Assembly (NCBI GenBank): GCA_032718475.1
Contig: JAUCBJ010000926.1
Coordinates: 1-45,880 of the forward strand
Direction: 5' to 3'
Origin: Nemertoderma westbladi
Taxonomy: Eukaryota > Animalia > Xenacoelomorpha
Length of the DNA: 45,880 nucleotides
The position numbers and the translations under genes are program-made. The notes below the pieces were generated by a model that saw nothing but the letters and a program-made list of their open reading frames with translations, was not told where the DNA came from and did not search any database. This document shows positions 28,201 through 39,823 of the stretch, piece after piece (position 1 is the stretch's first letter; the number at the start of each line of letters is the position of its first letter).

Positions 28201-28393
28201 TTGTTCGCGTATAAATCCTCGAGAACGGGCCACCAGGAACCAGTTAGGTAGGATATCCCGTGTCTCTCACACAGACTGTAGATGACCCCCCAGTATTCTT
28301 CGCCAACGCAGAACCATTCGCAGTCTCCCGGCCCAATGTTTATGTTGATGCTGCACAACTGGTTGTTCTCTTGATGTCCCGGAGTACGGGCGC
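28186..28393 (-). CDS. KDM6A: KDM6A/UTX-like JmjC catalytic exon ([27 protein letters not shown]...[19 protein letters not shown])
   Basis: cccgctccag acceptor, CAG|GTTGGT donor; HQE Fe-binding motif intact; matches [30 protein letters not shown]. Confidence 0.96.
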
Positions 28394-28459
28394 CTGGAGC
28401 GGGGATAATATAAAGTATTACAATTTCATTGATTCATTGACTAATTCATATTAATACTA

Positions 28460-28628
28460 GTACTATAAAGTAAATAAAAGTAATATAAAGTAATATAAAG
28501 TAAAGAACGGTAATATAAAGTAAATAACAGTAATATAAAGTAAATAATAGAAATATAAAGTAAATAATAGTAATATTATAAAGTAAATAACAGTAATATA
28601 AAGTAAATAATAGTAATATAAAGTAAAA
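28460..28628. repeat. AT-rich degenerate intronic tandem repeat
   Basis: Recurring gtaatataaagtaaataa units. Confidence 0.75.
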
Positions 28629-28663
28629 GATATTAATATTGCAGCGAAATAAAGAGTTTATAC

Positions 28664-28797
28664 CTGGAACTTTCATATAAAGTTGAACTGTATTCATTCC
28701 CAATATGGAGTTGCCAACGTGACTGAGTAGATTGCCCGCGGATACAACCCGAGTGAATTGAGGTAATTTGGTAAGTTCGGTGAGTTGGGGTTGCCAT
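28664..28797 (-). CDS. KDM6A: KDM6A/UTX-like exon ([45 protein letters not shown])
   Basis: ttttag acceptor, CAG|GTATAA donor; near identical to UTX. Confidence 0.96.
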
Positions 28798-28874
28798 CTA
28801 AAATATTAATATTATTTATCCGGAATTAGAATATACAAAATGAATAAGGTTTGAAACCTTTTAAACCTTATTAA

Positions 28875-29140
28875 GTACACCATTTTGGTCCAAAATATGT
28901 CGACATTTTTTTTATGGTCTATTATAATACACCATTGAATGGTGTTTTAAATCTGAAAACCGCTATTTAATAGCTCTTTTAGTTTTCAAGTTATAACAAT
29001 TTCCATTTATGGAATCCTAACCTGTCATGTAGAATAGCATCTTAGGCACCTATATTCCAAATTATAGCCAAAACCAAACAATTTTGAAACGCTGAGAGTG
29101 ATAAATCGAAGAGTTGTTCGAAAATGGTGTACCCCCCCCT
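28875..29140. mobile_element. Possible degenerate MITE
   Basis: Inverted 12-mers gtacaccatttt and aaaatggtgtac, with TTAA nearby on both sides. Confidence 0.3.
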
Positions 29141-29249
29141 TAAGATAACGTAATTATAGCCTAAGCCTCCTTAATAAGTAAAGCCTCCTTTATATATCTA
29201 TTTTCTGAGGGCTCGACTCGGGGTCTCCCACCCAATATACAGGACTCAC

Positions 29250-29589
29250 TTAGTTTCATCGGATAGATCGACGTTGGTTCCGAACTTTAACGGTTTAAAC
29301 AAGCCGGTTCTTCTTCGCTTCGCCGGCGACGCCCCCATTTCGCTGTCCAGCTCCTCGACCTTCACCCCTACCATCTCCTCGTGCTCCTCCTTGAGGCTCT
29401 CCTGGAAGCTGGAGGCCTGGTACTGGGCGTACTTGGCGATGGTTGTGTAACTCCTAGAGGACTCACACAACCACACCTTACGGTCGCCTTCCCAGTTCTC
29501 CGTCGAGGGTTGGTTGACCTGGGAACGGACCTCCATCACGTGCTCCGGGTTGGCCTCGACCAAAGTCTTCGTAGAAAAAAGCGCCAAAT
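29250..29589 (-). CDS. KDM6A: KDM6A/UTX-like exon ([17 protein letters not shown]...[18 protein letters not shown]...[10 protein letters not shown])
   Basis: tttctctatag acceptor, AA|GTGAGT donor; matches [20 protein letters not shown]...KFGTNIDLSD. Confidence 0.96.
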
Positions 29590-30170
29590 CTATAGAGAAA
29601 AATAAGTTATTGGTAGAAAAACAGCGCCAAATCTAAAGAGAAAAATACGTTATTGGTAGAAAAAACGCGCCAAATCTATAGAGAAAAATATGTTATTGGT
29701 AGAAAAAAGCGCCAAATCTAGAGAAAAATACGTTATTGGTAGAAAAAAGCGCCAAATCTATAGAGAAAAATACGTTATTGGTAGAAAAAAGCGCCAAATC
29801 TATAGAGAAAAATACGTTATTGGTAGAAAAAAGCGCCAAATCTATAGAGAAAAATACGTTATTGGTAGAAAAAAGCGCCAAATCTATAGAGAAAAATACG
29901 TTATTGGTAGAAAAAAGCGCCAAATCTATAGAGAAAAATACGTTATTGGTAGAAAAAAGCGCCAAATCTATAGAGAAAAATACGTTATTGGTAGAAAAAA
30001 GCGCCAAATCTATAGAGAAAAATAAATTATTGGTAGAAAAACAGCGCCAAATCTATAGAGAAAAATACGTTATTGGTAGAAAAAAGCGCCAAATCTATAG
30101 AGAAAAATACGTTATTGGTAGAAAAACAGCGCCAAATCTATAGAGTCAAATAAATTATTGGTAGAAAAAA
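29571..30170. repeat. 42-bp tandem satellite, ~14 copies, derived from the splice acceptor of the 29589 exon
   Basis: Minus-strand unit caataacgtatttttctctatag|ATTTGGCGCTTTTTTCTAC; fills almost the whole intron. Confidence 0.95.
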
Positions 30171-30198
30171 AAGAACTAATGAAACTGAGTTTCCATAC

Positions 30199-30457
30199 CG
30201 AGTCTCAAGGCGGCGGCTAGACCCCGTATTATTGTGACTGGGTTCTCTTTGGCCTGGCAGTAGTTACTGATGGCCTCAGTAAACACATCCTTTCTGTTGT
30301 CAACGTAGATGGTGGGGGTCGGGGGCAGCAGCTGGTCCTTGGGTAGAGGGGGTGAAGGGGGGACGGGGGGCTGCGGGGGTCGAACTCGGGCCATGATTGC
30401 GTCGTCGGCGACCTCCCGATGTCCGTTCGAAGAGAGACGAGCCATGGCGGAGAGAAT
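30199..30457 (-). CDS. KDM6A: KDM6A/UTX-like exon (ILSAMARL...PPLPKDQLLPPTPTIYVDNRKDVF...NPVTIIRGLAAALRL)
   Basis: ttatag acceptor, G|GTATGG donor; matches UTX [24 protein letters not shown]...PVTVIRGLAGALKL. Confidence 0.94.
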
Positions 30458-31141
30458 CTATAATAATTAAATAAATTAAAGAATGAAATAAAGTTAAATA
30501 TCTACACTTTACCGGATCGATCCCTATTCAAGGATATAAAAAATTAATATCTGCGTCTGCGATAACAAAGACTGTCTTGTCACTAAAAGTTCGTAGTGAT
30601 AGAAACTTAATAAAAAAAATGATTTCCGGTAAATAAAGTTAATTACTCGCGCGTTTTAAATACGTAACTTCACCTAAGTAACCATTATTATTTATTTGCG
30701 TGGAATTAATTCGCACTACCAAATCGTTGGGCGACATATTTTCCAACTTTATATCGCAGTGCGACATTGTTTATCAGGTTTACACCATATTTGCGATGTA
30801 AGTCCAGCGATAGAGTAACGTGCCACTGTAACCCGCTCCTTTCCCTTAATTGATTCTCCATTCTAAATATAATCACGATAACGTCATTCGAATACACACT
30901 ATAATTAATTCACAATTACATGAAGGCAATACTGCAAAATAACGAAATGGGTGAGATTCGAACCAACGGCCACATTATTACATGGATAAGCCAACAGTCT
31001 GTGTTATCCATATCCACTATGTACGCTACGAGTGTAATAATTAATCAATAAATAATTATTAATTAATATGAAAGATAGCTGTGAACTGAAATCAGATAAA
31101 AGTTACAGATAGATAGACATGAAGTTTGGGATACAACTAAC

Positions 31142-31576
31142 CGCGGGGGTTGTGTGTATAGACACCGAGTTGGGGATGACCACCGGGACCGGCTTGTCCC
31201 GGGGCGACGCTCCCATTGGCGGTTGCCTAGCGACCCCAGGGGAGAGATTCTCCTCCTCCAGCGCGTCCAACGTGTCGTCCGAGCGCTCGAGCTCGGAGGC
31301 GGCGTTGGCCAGCAGGTTGCCTAGGTTACCCTCGTCGTCCAATAGGGAGCTGATATCGGCGTCGAGGTGGTCGCCTAGGAAGTCCATCGTGTGGACCGAG
31401 AGTTCGGGGAGACCGAGCTCGTCGGTAGGGGGCGTCTTCTTGGGGGCCGGCGGGGAGTAACCGTTGCTAGGTAACGAACGTTGCCAATCACACTCGGCGG
31501 GGGGGCGTTGCTGGGCAACCAAGGACGCTTGTTGTTTCGCGTACAACAACTGGTTCTGCAGGTGATGGAGAATTCC
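31142..31576 (-). CDS. KDM6A: KDM6A/UTX-like exon, low-complexity linker region (GILHHLQNQLLYAKQQ...PNSVSIHTTPA)
   Basis: ttttttag acceptor, GCG|GTTAGT donor, phase 0 at both ends, GC-rich open frame. Joins ILSAM, resembling UTX SVSIYPSSAEVLKAC. Confidence 0.8.
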
Positions 31577-32164
31577 CTAAAAAATTTAAATGAATTAAAT
31601 TTGAATCCGAAGGCGTCACAAATCGTACGAAACTCCAGCGAGTAAACCCAGAGAGTTAGTAACTCATTTGTATAACAACTTATATACGTTCATGGGGCCT
31701 TCGCGCAGCACGAGGATAAGTTTACGACAAACAAATAAAAATTCCATCACATGAAATTTAACAAAACCGCCAATCAATAGAAGAAAGAGTTCCTCCCTTT
31801 TTAATCTGTACTTAACAGCCGAATAAACATTTTAAATTTTTTTTACTTTTATACCGCTCCAGGGTAAATTCGACGCAAATAACAGCTGATTACTCCTAGA
31901 AAATACAACTAACCTGTTCTATTTTCTTTAACTTATTGTTTTGGTTAGAATAAGAGTGCAATTTGTAAACGCTCATTCCCCTTAATTTTTAATTTAACAT
32001 TAAGACGAAATATAAATTCGCCGAGATGGGATTTGCGTCCAACAACGCCCCCCCCCCCCACGTCTCCTTAGTGATCGATCTTTCTGGAATAACGTACATT
32101 TGTTATCACAGTTTGCAGATTTGGGGACTGACTCTTGACGCAGAAAATATTAAAACTAAGGTAA

Positions 32165-32755
32165 CAGTTCCGAATCCGCATAGCACTACATTTTTATACC
32201 ATAAATAATGTTTACCATGGCAGCATTTTAGAGTTCTAGAACAAATTATAAATATTATACAGTATTATTATACACTAATTCTAGAACTTAAATAAAATTA
32301 AAAATATAACGTTCTAGTACATATAGCTAGATATTTATTAATTTTTAATTAGCTTGTAATTTAAAAAAATATAAAAATTGTTTTATTAATGTTTGGTGCT
32401 TTGGAAATTTTCAATTTTCATTTAAATGTAGGCCTATTCAGAAATTGATTTAAAAATAAATTTTTTGATTTAATAGGTATTTTAATTTAAAAAAAATAGC
32501 TACGGCTGTATATGTTAGAAATATAACAATTTTCAATATTCATTTAAATGTATTCAGAAATTCATTTAAATACTTTTTTTTAATTTACTAGCTATTTTAA
32601 AATTTAAAATAAACTAGCTATATGTTCTAGAACGTAATATTATTTTATTTTATTTATGGTTTAGAATAGTATATAATTATTTTCATTTGTTCTACAACTC
32701 TTCAACGTTGCCATGTAACAATGATATATGTTTTAAAAATGTAGTGCTATACAGA
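32165..32755. mobile_element. AT-rich palindromic MITE/foldback element
   Basis: tagcactacattttta (32181) versus taaaaatgtagtgcta (~32734-32749), with extended internal inverted similarity and repeated gttctagaac; related to 43707-44264. Confidence 0.65.
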
Positions 32756-33364
32756 CCTCTAGTCAAAACGGTATTCCTTCTAGAATAATATTTTTTAAAA
32801 GGAACTACAGTATAATAAATTGAAATTATATATAAAAATTAACAAGTGCTACGATAAAAAAATTTGTACGGGAAAGTAGGAGAACGGAACCAGTGTCGAA
32901 AATAATAGCTATGCTTACCTAAAACATAGCTACCGTAAAATTTAGTTGCTTGAATATGAAAGGGACATTTGATCATTGAAGGATATTGCATCAAATGTGA
33001 ATTTCTAGAACTCTCCTCATATTATCAGGTCTCAATCTTTAAAATCAGTTCCAGATTTACTATACCTCTTCCACGTATGCGCCTCTGTACATTACTGTCG
33101 CTGCCTTAAGTTCTAATCAAAGTGGTTGTGAATTGTAACCATGGTAGCTAGTGGATGGAACCTATTAATATGCGAATATTTTATATTTTATTATTATATT
33201 CTAATTGATTGGCTGTAACTAAGCTACCAAAAGCGGGATGGGATTAATAACTGGTTATTTTCCCTAGGGCGAATTCGGATATTTTTTTACATAGCCCACC
33301 ATTGTATTGTTATTTTAAACAGTTTGTAATGGGGAATAACCACTTTTACAGACGAGATTGATGA

Positions 33365-34176
33365 CAGAGACATGTAGATATAGACTATAGATATAAGGAT
33401 ACAGAGACATGTAGATATAGACTATAGATATAAGGATACAGAGACATGTAGATATAGACTATAGGTATAAGGATACAGAGACATGTAGATATAGACTATA
33501 GGTATAAGGATACAGAGACATGTAGATATAGACTATAGGTATAAGGATACAGAGACATGTAGATAGATATAGACTATAGGTAGATATAAGGATACAGAGA
33601 CATGTAGATATAGACTATAGGTATAAGGATACAGAGACATGTAGATAGATATAGACTATAGGTATAATGATACAGAGACATGTAGATAGATATAGACTAT
33701 AGGTAGATATAAGGATACAGAGACATGTAGATATAGACTATAGGTATAAGGATACAGAGACATGTAGATAGATATAGACTATAGGTATAAGGATACAGAG
33801 ACATGTAGATAGATATAGACTATAGGTATAAGGATACAGAGACATGTAGATATAGACTATAGATATAAGGATACAGAGACATGTAGATATAGACTATAGG
33901 TATAAGGATACAGAGACATGTAGATATAGACTATAGGTATAAGGATACAGAGACATGTAGATAGATATAGACTATAGGTAGATATAAGGATACAGAGACA
34001 TGTAGATATAGACTATAGGTATAAGGATACAGAGACATGTAGATAGATATAGACTATAGGTAGGTATAAGGATACAGAGACATGTAGATAGATATAGACT
34101 ATAGGTATAAGGATACAGAGACATGTAGATAGATATAGACTATAGGTAGATATAAGGATACAGAGACATGTAGATA
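33365..34176. repeat. 34-42-bp tandem repeat
   Basis: Unit gatacagagacatgtagatatagactataggtataag with 4-bp indel variants; the MITE inserted into a TA of its last unit. Confidence 0.92.
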
Positions 34177-34650
34177 CACCATGTCCCAGAATATAGTGCC
34201 GTAATTCAGTGACACACACCCCTCTCCTAATTTTTTTACAAATCTTAATGAGATTGCATGAAATGTGAAACTGAGATAGTTTCACCTCCCGACCACTGAC
34301 TGGGAGAGCCAGAATTTTTATTTTAGCTTTCAATCTTTAGCTACAAGCGTTTAAAAAAGTGTCTCCAGCGATATTACCCAGTTACACCGCAGTTATTCTT
34401 CTACCTTGTAGCTGTTTGTTGGAACCAATGGAAAGCTGGCCATGCAAGGATTCCAAATATGTAACACAATTTGAATTTCGTTGAAAAATAGCTGAGATAT
34501 GAGCGTTCAAATGTTACATGGTTTTGCAACGACGCCGCGAGGCTATTATATTCTATTTAATAAATATTCTGGAACATTTGTTAAATGTACGAATAGCTAC
34601 GTAATAGTGTGATTAAAGATGTAATGCATTGTTGCCCAGCTACGTATTTG

Positions 34651-36905
34651 GCCCCCAATTGTCCCAACACCCTCTCCAGTAACCCCAATTATCCCAACAC
34701 CCCCTCCAGTAACCCCAATTATCCCAACACCCCCTCCAGTAACCCATATTGTCCCAACACCCCCTCCAGTAACCCATATTGTCCCAACACCCCCTCCAGT
34801 AACCCATATTGTCCCAACACCCCCTCCAGTAACCCATATTGTCCCAACACCCCCTCCAGTAACCCCAATTATCCCAACACCCCCTCCAGTAACCCATATT
34901 GTCCCAACACCCCCTCCAGTAACCCATATTGTCCCAACACCCCCTCCAGTAACCCATATTGTCCCAACACCCCCTCCAGTAACCCCAATTGTCCCAACAC
35001 CCCCTCCAGTAACCCCAATTGTCCCAACACCCCCTCCAGTAACCCCAATTGTCCCAACACCCCCTCCAGTAACCCCAATTGTCCCAACACCCCCTCCAGT
35101 AACCCCAATTGTCCCAACACCCCCTCCAGTAACCCATATTGTCCCAACACCCCCTCCAGTAACCCCAATTATCCCAACACCCCCTCCAGTAACCCATATT
35201 GTCCCAACACCCCCTCCAGTAACCCATATTGTCCCAACACCCCCTCCAGTAACCCATATTGTCCCAACACCCCCTCCAGTAACCCCAATTGTCCCAACAC
35301 CCCCTCCAGTACCCCCAATTATCCCAACACCCCCTCCAGTAACCCATATTGTCCCAACACCCCCTCCAGTAACCCATATTGTCCCAACACCCCCTCCAGT
35401 AACCCCAATTATCCCAACACCCCCTCCAGTAACCCATATTGTCCCAACACCCCCTCCAGTAACCCATATTGTCCCAACACCCCCTCCAGTAACCCATATT
35501 GTCCCAACACCCCCTCCAGTAACCCCAATTGTCCCAACACCCCCTCCAGTAACCCCAATTGTCCCAACACCCCCTCCAGTAACCCCAATTGTCCCAACAC
35601 CCCCTCCAGTAACCCCAATTGTCCCAACACCCCCTCCAGTAACCCCAATTATCCCAACACCCCCTCCAGTAACCCATATTGTCCCAACACCCCCTCCAGT
35701 AACCCATATTGTCCCAACACCCCCTCCAGTAACCCCAATTATCCCAACACCCCCTCCAGTAACCCATATTGTCCCAACACCCCCTCCAGTAACCCATATT
35801 GTCCCAACACCCCCTCCAGTAACCCATATTGTCCCAACACCCCCTCCAGTAACCCCAATTATCCCAACACCCCCTCCAGTAACCCATATTGTCCCAACAC
35901 CCCCTCCAGTAACCCATATTGTCCCAACACCCCCTCCAGTAACCCATATTGTCCCAACACCCCCTCCAGTAACCCCAATTGTCCCAACACCCCCTCCAGT
36001 ACCCCCAATTATCCCAACACCCCCTCCAGTAACCCATATTGTCCCAACACCCCCTCCAGTAACCCATATTGTCCCAACACCCCCTCCAGTAACCCATATT
36101 GTCCCAACACCCCCTCCAGTAACCCATATTGTCCCAACACCCCCTCCAGTAACCCATATTGTCCCAACACCCCCTCCAGTAACCCCAATTGTCCCAACAC
36201 CCCCTCCAGTAACCCCAATTGTCCCAACACCCCCTCCAGTAACCCCAATTGTCCCAACACCCCCTCCAGTAACCCCAATTGTCCCAACACCCCCTCCAGT
36301 AACCCCAATTGTCCCAACACCCCCTCCAGTAACCCATATTGTCCCAACACCCCCTCCAGTAACCCATATTGTCCCAACACCCCCTCCAGTACCCCCAATT
36401 ATCCCAACACCCCCTCCAGTAACCCATATTGTCCCAACACCCCCTCCAGTAACCCATATTGTCCCAACACCCCCTCCAGTAACCCATATTGTCCCAACAC
36501 CCCCTCCAGTAACCCATATTGTCCCAACACCCCCTCCAGTAACCCCAATTGTCCCAACACCCCCTCCAGTAACCCCAATTGTCCCAACACCCCCTCCAGT
36601 AACCCCAATTGTCCCAACACCCCCTCCAGTAACCCCAATTGTCCCAACACCCCCTCCAGTAACCCCAATTGTCCCAACACCCCCTCCAGTAACCCATATT
36701 GTCCCAACACCCCCTCCAGTAACCCATATTGTCCCAACACCCCCTCCAGTACCCCCAATTATCCCAACACCCCCTCCAGTAACCCATATTGTCCCAACAC
36801 CCCCTCCAGTAACCCATATTGTCCCAACACCCCCTCCAGTAACCCATATTGTCCCAACACCCTCTCCAGTAACCCCTAATGCCCCAAACCGCCCTCCAGT
36901 AACCC
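34651..36905 (+). repeat. 30-bp tandem repeat, ~75 copies, in frame with the LINE ORF (TPIVPTPPPV / THIVPTPPPV)
   Basis: Unit aacccca(t)attgtcccaacaccccctccagt with no indels; the frame is open from 34625 into the ATG at 36974. Confidence 0.95.
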
Positions 36906-36973
36906 AAACACGTCTACCAGCAAACACAATTGCATCAACACGACCCCCTTCTAACCAAACTGCGCGTACTACA

Positions 36974-39823
36974 ATGTGCATTGGTTGCTTGAAGCCGTAT
37001 CGCTACTTGGCCAGTCTGGAAAAGCACCACAAAGTCTGTTTACGTTTCCAGTCCGCTTCTAATCTGTTACTGTTTAGCGAACTCCCTTTCTGTGACGAAT
37101 CCAATATGAAATTTTCAAACAATAGCTCTGGTTACTACACATTAGTTGCATGGAATGTGGAAGGTGCGCGCTCTACGATCGACACAACAATGGATGACAC
37201 CTTCATAGACACTGATATCCTTCTCCTTTATGAAACGTTTACGACAGACTTGGTCATCCCAGGCTTCTCATGTCACAATGTGTCTTGTGAGAAACGCGAT
37301 TTAGGGCGCCCTTACGGTGGTATCACTATTGCCATTAATATGAAAACCGCAATGCGTCAGGAGCCCATTCATAAAAGCTCAACAGCTTTAGCACTACTAA
37401 CAAGTAACTTTGTGATAATATCTGCCTATTATCCCCCATCAACTGATGTCTCTGATATATTACTCGAGCTCACCACTATAATTGTAACTGCACGGGCAAA
37501 GTGCACTCTTCCAATACTGCTAACAGGTGATTTTAACTGCCGTTTAGATGGCCCTCATGATCGTGGAGACACACTATGCAGTGGCCTACTTGGCGCAGGA
37601 CTGAACTGCATTAACGACCACTCAATCCCTACATTTTACTCCTGGAATGGTCAGAGCGTAATCGACCTCGTTTTTGTCGACCACCTACTGGCTGATAAGG
37701 TCTCAGTAAGTATCCGCCCAACTACAAACACTAAACACCAGCGCGTTTATATAAAATATGAAACAACAAGCCCCATCAACTATAGGAAAGAGCGCTGTAA
37801 AGCAATCAAGAGGCTTGATGTAGACAAATTAGGCCACATTCTAACGACAGGAGATTTTCAATCTGCTATAGCCAATGGAGTAGACGATGTCTGTTCTTAC
37901 ATAACTAATGCTATTACAAATTCTTCGTTATCTAGTAAGCCGAGAAATTCCAAACCTTGGTTCAATCAAGAATGCTATCTGGCTAAACACGAACTCATGT
38001 CAAGTTTTCAGTTAATGAAACGGGCGCCAACACCCCTAAACAAGCAAAGATATTCGGAGTTAGCTCGTTCATATAAGAAGTTGATGCATACTAAAAAGAC
38101 ATTGTACGAGGCCCAAAAAGAGTTTAAGTTAATTCAAGAGTGCGAGTCTGACAAACAGAAATTTTGGAACATTCTGAAGACCGGCGACCAAGTCAAACCA
38201 GTTGCTCAACAAGTGTCAGAACAATCTTGGTTCACACATTTCTCAGAGTTGCTTTCAACCAAACACTCACCCCAACTACCGCCAATTCCAGATCAACCAA
38301 ATGATATACTAGATAAACAAATAGAGCCATCGGAAATAACGGTCGCTGTCAATAACGCCAAGCTCCACAAAGCAACGGGGCCAGATGGCGTGTCGAACGA
38401 GGCGCTAAAATCCGGTTTCGGTCATCTTCTTCCGTTCCTTCTGAGTCTGTTGTCCCTCTGTCTCACACTGGGAGTTTGCCCAATATCCTGGTTGACATCA
38501 TATCTGATACCACTGTATAAAGGAAAAGGCAAAAAGACATCCCCTGACAGTTATCGTGGCATAGCACTCCTTTCGTGTCTACTAAAACTATACACCGCTA
38601 TTCTGTTTGAACGTCTGTACGTGTTTGCCGAGATCAGTGGCATCCTTCCTGCTGCTCAATACGGCTTCCGTCGAGGACTCTCAACGGTGATGGCTGTCAA
38701 GAACCTATATGGTTTAATAAATATAGCTCTTCAGTCGGCCGGAGGCCATACATATTGTGTTTTCGTCGACTTCACTAAGGCGTTCGACTCCATCAACAGA
38801 GAAACTCTCTGCCAGCGTCTAGTAATACATGGCATCAGTCGAAAATTTATCACTGCTATATGGGCACTAATCGCAGTTAACTATGTATGTATTTGCATTG
38901 GAACATATGTATTGGACCCAATCACTCAATCGGTCGGAGTAGTGCAAGGTGACAAACTCTCTCCCCTTTTATTCAGCTTGTTCGTTGCTGACCTCCCATC
39001 TATCCTCATGGCCGCATGCTGCATCGTCATAATGTACGCTGATGATCTCGTCATAGTCGGCGATTCGATCGCAGTCACCCAGGACGCACTGGACAGATTA
39101 TCAGAATATTGTCGGGTCAATGACCTGAAGGTCAATATAAAGAAAACTAAGGCAGTCAAATTCCGCAGAGGTGGCCGTTTAGCTTCTGGTGATAAATTAT
39201 ATTATAATGGCACTTTATTGGAGTTTCAAAATACGTTCAACTACTTAGGCGTAGTGCTAGCAACAAAAAATGGTCCCACAGCTCACTTCCAGCACTTATA
39301 CAAAAAAGGCGTGGCCTGCTCTATTCGTATTGCAACTAAGGTAAATCTACATCATATATCGTTAGCCACGGCAAAACGTTTGTGGGCAACTGTAATCTAC
39401 CCGTCGACAACATACGGATGCACTATTTTTACGTCTAATGAAAACGTTCCGCGGCTGGAACACATCCATCGAGTGCGAGCATTTTACTACAAACTTTGGT
39501 GCGGCATCAGTAAATACTCGTCGTCAACTGCAATCCTTAACGCAATAGATAACTGCGATGACGCGGAAATTAATCTCGTGGACCTAACCGGTTTTCGTCG
39601 CCGCGCAGCAGCCCAGTTAATGGCGAACGGCTGCCACCATCGGATTTGTAAAATTTCGAACTGCTGGAGACCCACTGATCAATGTGTCTGCTGGTTGTGC
39701 AATAATAGTGCCACATCTACCGCCCACTACCTGCAATGCACCGGAATGCCAGCCAACCTGTCTACATTAAGATGCGCGCTGTATCTGATGAGCGTAGACC
39801 AACCACTTCCCCATCCACCGTGA
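36974..39823 (+). CDS. LINE ORF2-type protein: N-terminal C2HC zinc finger, AP endonuclease, reverse transcriptase, C-terminal Cys/His cluster
   Basis: CIGC-x12-H-x3-C; APE motifs WNVEG, LYET, YYPP, GDFN, SVIDL; RT motifs GPDG, YRGIALL, QYGFR, FVDFTKAFDS, QGDKLSPLLF, YADD, YLG; terminal CWLC-x8-H-x3-C. Confidence 0.95.
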   Translation: MCIGCLKPYRYLASLEKHHKVCLRFQSASNLLLFSELPFCDESNMKFSNNSSGYYTLVAWNVEGARSTIDTTMDDTFIDTDILLLYETFTTDLVIPGFSCHNVSCEKRDLGRPYGGITIAINMKTAMRQEPIHKSSTALALLTSNFVIISAYYPPSTDVSDILLELTTIIVTARAKCTLPILLTGDFNCRLDGPHDRGDTLCSGLLGAGLNCINDHSIPTFYSWNGQSVIDLVFVDHLLADKVSVSIRPTTNTKHQRVYIKYETTSPINYRKERCKAIKRLDVDKLGHILTTGDFQSAIANGVDDVCSYITNAITNSSLSSKPRNSKPWFNQECYLAKHELMSSFQLMKRAPTPLNKQRYSELARSYKKLMHTKKTLYEAQKEFKLIQECESDKQKFWNILKTGDQVKPVAQQVSEQSWFTHFSELLSTKHSPQLPPIPDQPNDILDKQIEPSEITVAVNNAKLHKATGPDGVSNEALKSGFGHLLPFLLSLLSLCLTLGVCPISWLTSYLIPLYKGKGKKTSPDSYRGIALLSCLLKLYTAILFERLYVFAEISGILPAAQYGFRRGLSTVMAVKNLYGLINIALQSAGGHTYCVFVDFTKAFDSINRETLCQRLVIHGISRKFITAIWALIAVNYVCICIGTYVLDPITQSVGVVQGDKLSPLLFSLFVADLPSILMAACCIVIMYADDLVIVGDSIAVTQDALDRLSEYCRVNDLKVNIKKTKAVKFRRGGRLASGDKLYYNGTLLEFQNTFNYLGVVLATKNGPTAHFQHLYKKGVACSIRIATKVNLHHISLATAKRLWATVIYPSTTYGCTIFTSNENVPRLEHIHRVRAFYYKLWCGISKYSSSTAILNAIDNCDDAEINLVDLTGFRRRAAAQLMANGCHHRICKISNCWRPTDQCVCWLCNNSATSTAHYLQCTGMPANLSTLRCALYLMSVDQPLPHPP

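Noticed and set aside
15905-28233. Dozens of long overlapping ORFs on both strands
   Set aside because: Artefacts of stop-poor satellites, open in several frames at once, inside an intron whose flanking exons join in frame.
29690-30143. Repeat ORFs (REKYVIGRKKRQIY etc.)
   Set aside because: Translations of the acceptor-derived 42-bp array.
30945-30975. tRNA B-box-like GGTTCGAATCTC on the minus strand
   Set aside because: No cloverleaf or clear A-box; at most a SINE fragment.
34597-36981. 755-794-aa ORFs (GGGVGTIWVT, WRGCWDNMGY, CPNTPSSNPY)
   Set aside because: Alternative frames of the 30-bp repeat; none connects to a recognisable domain, unlike the TPIVPTPPPV frame.
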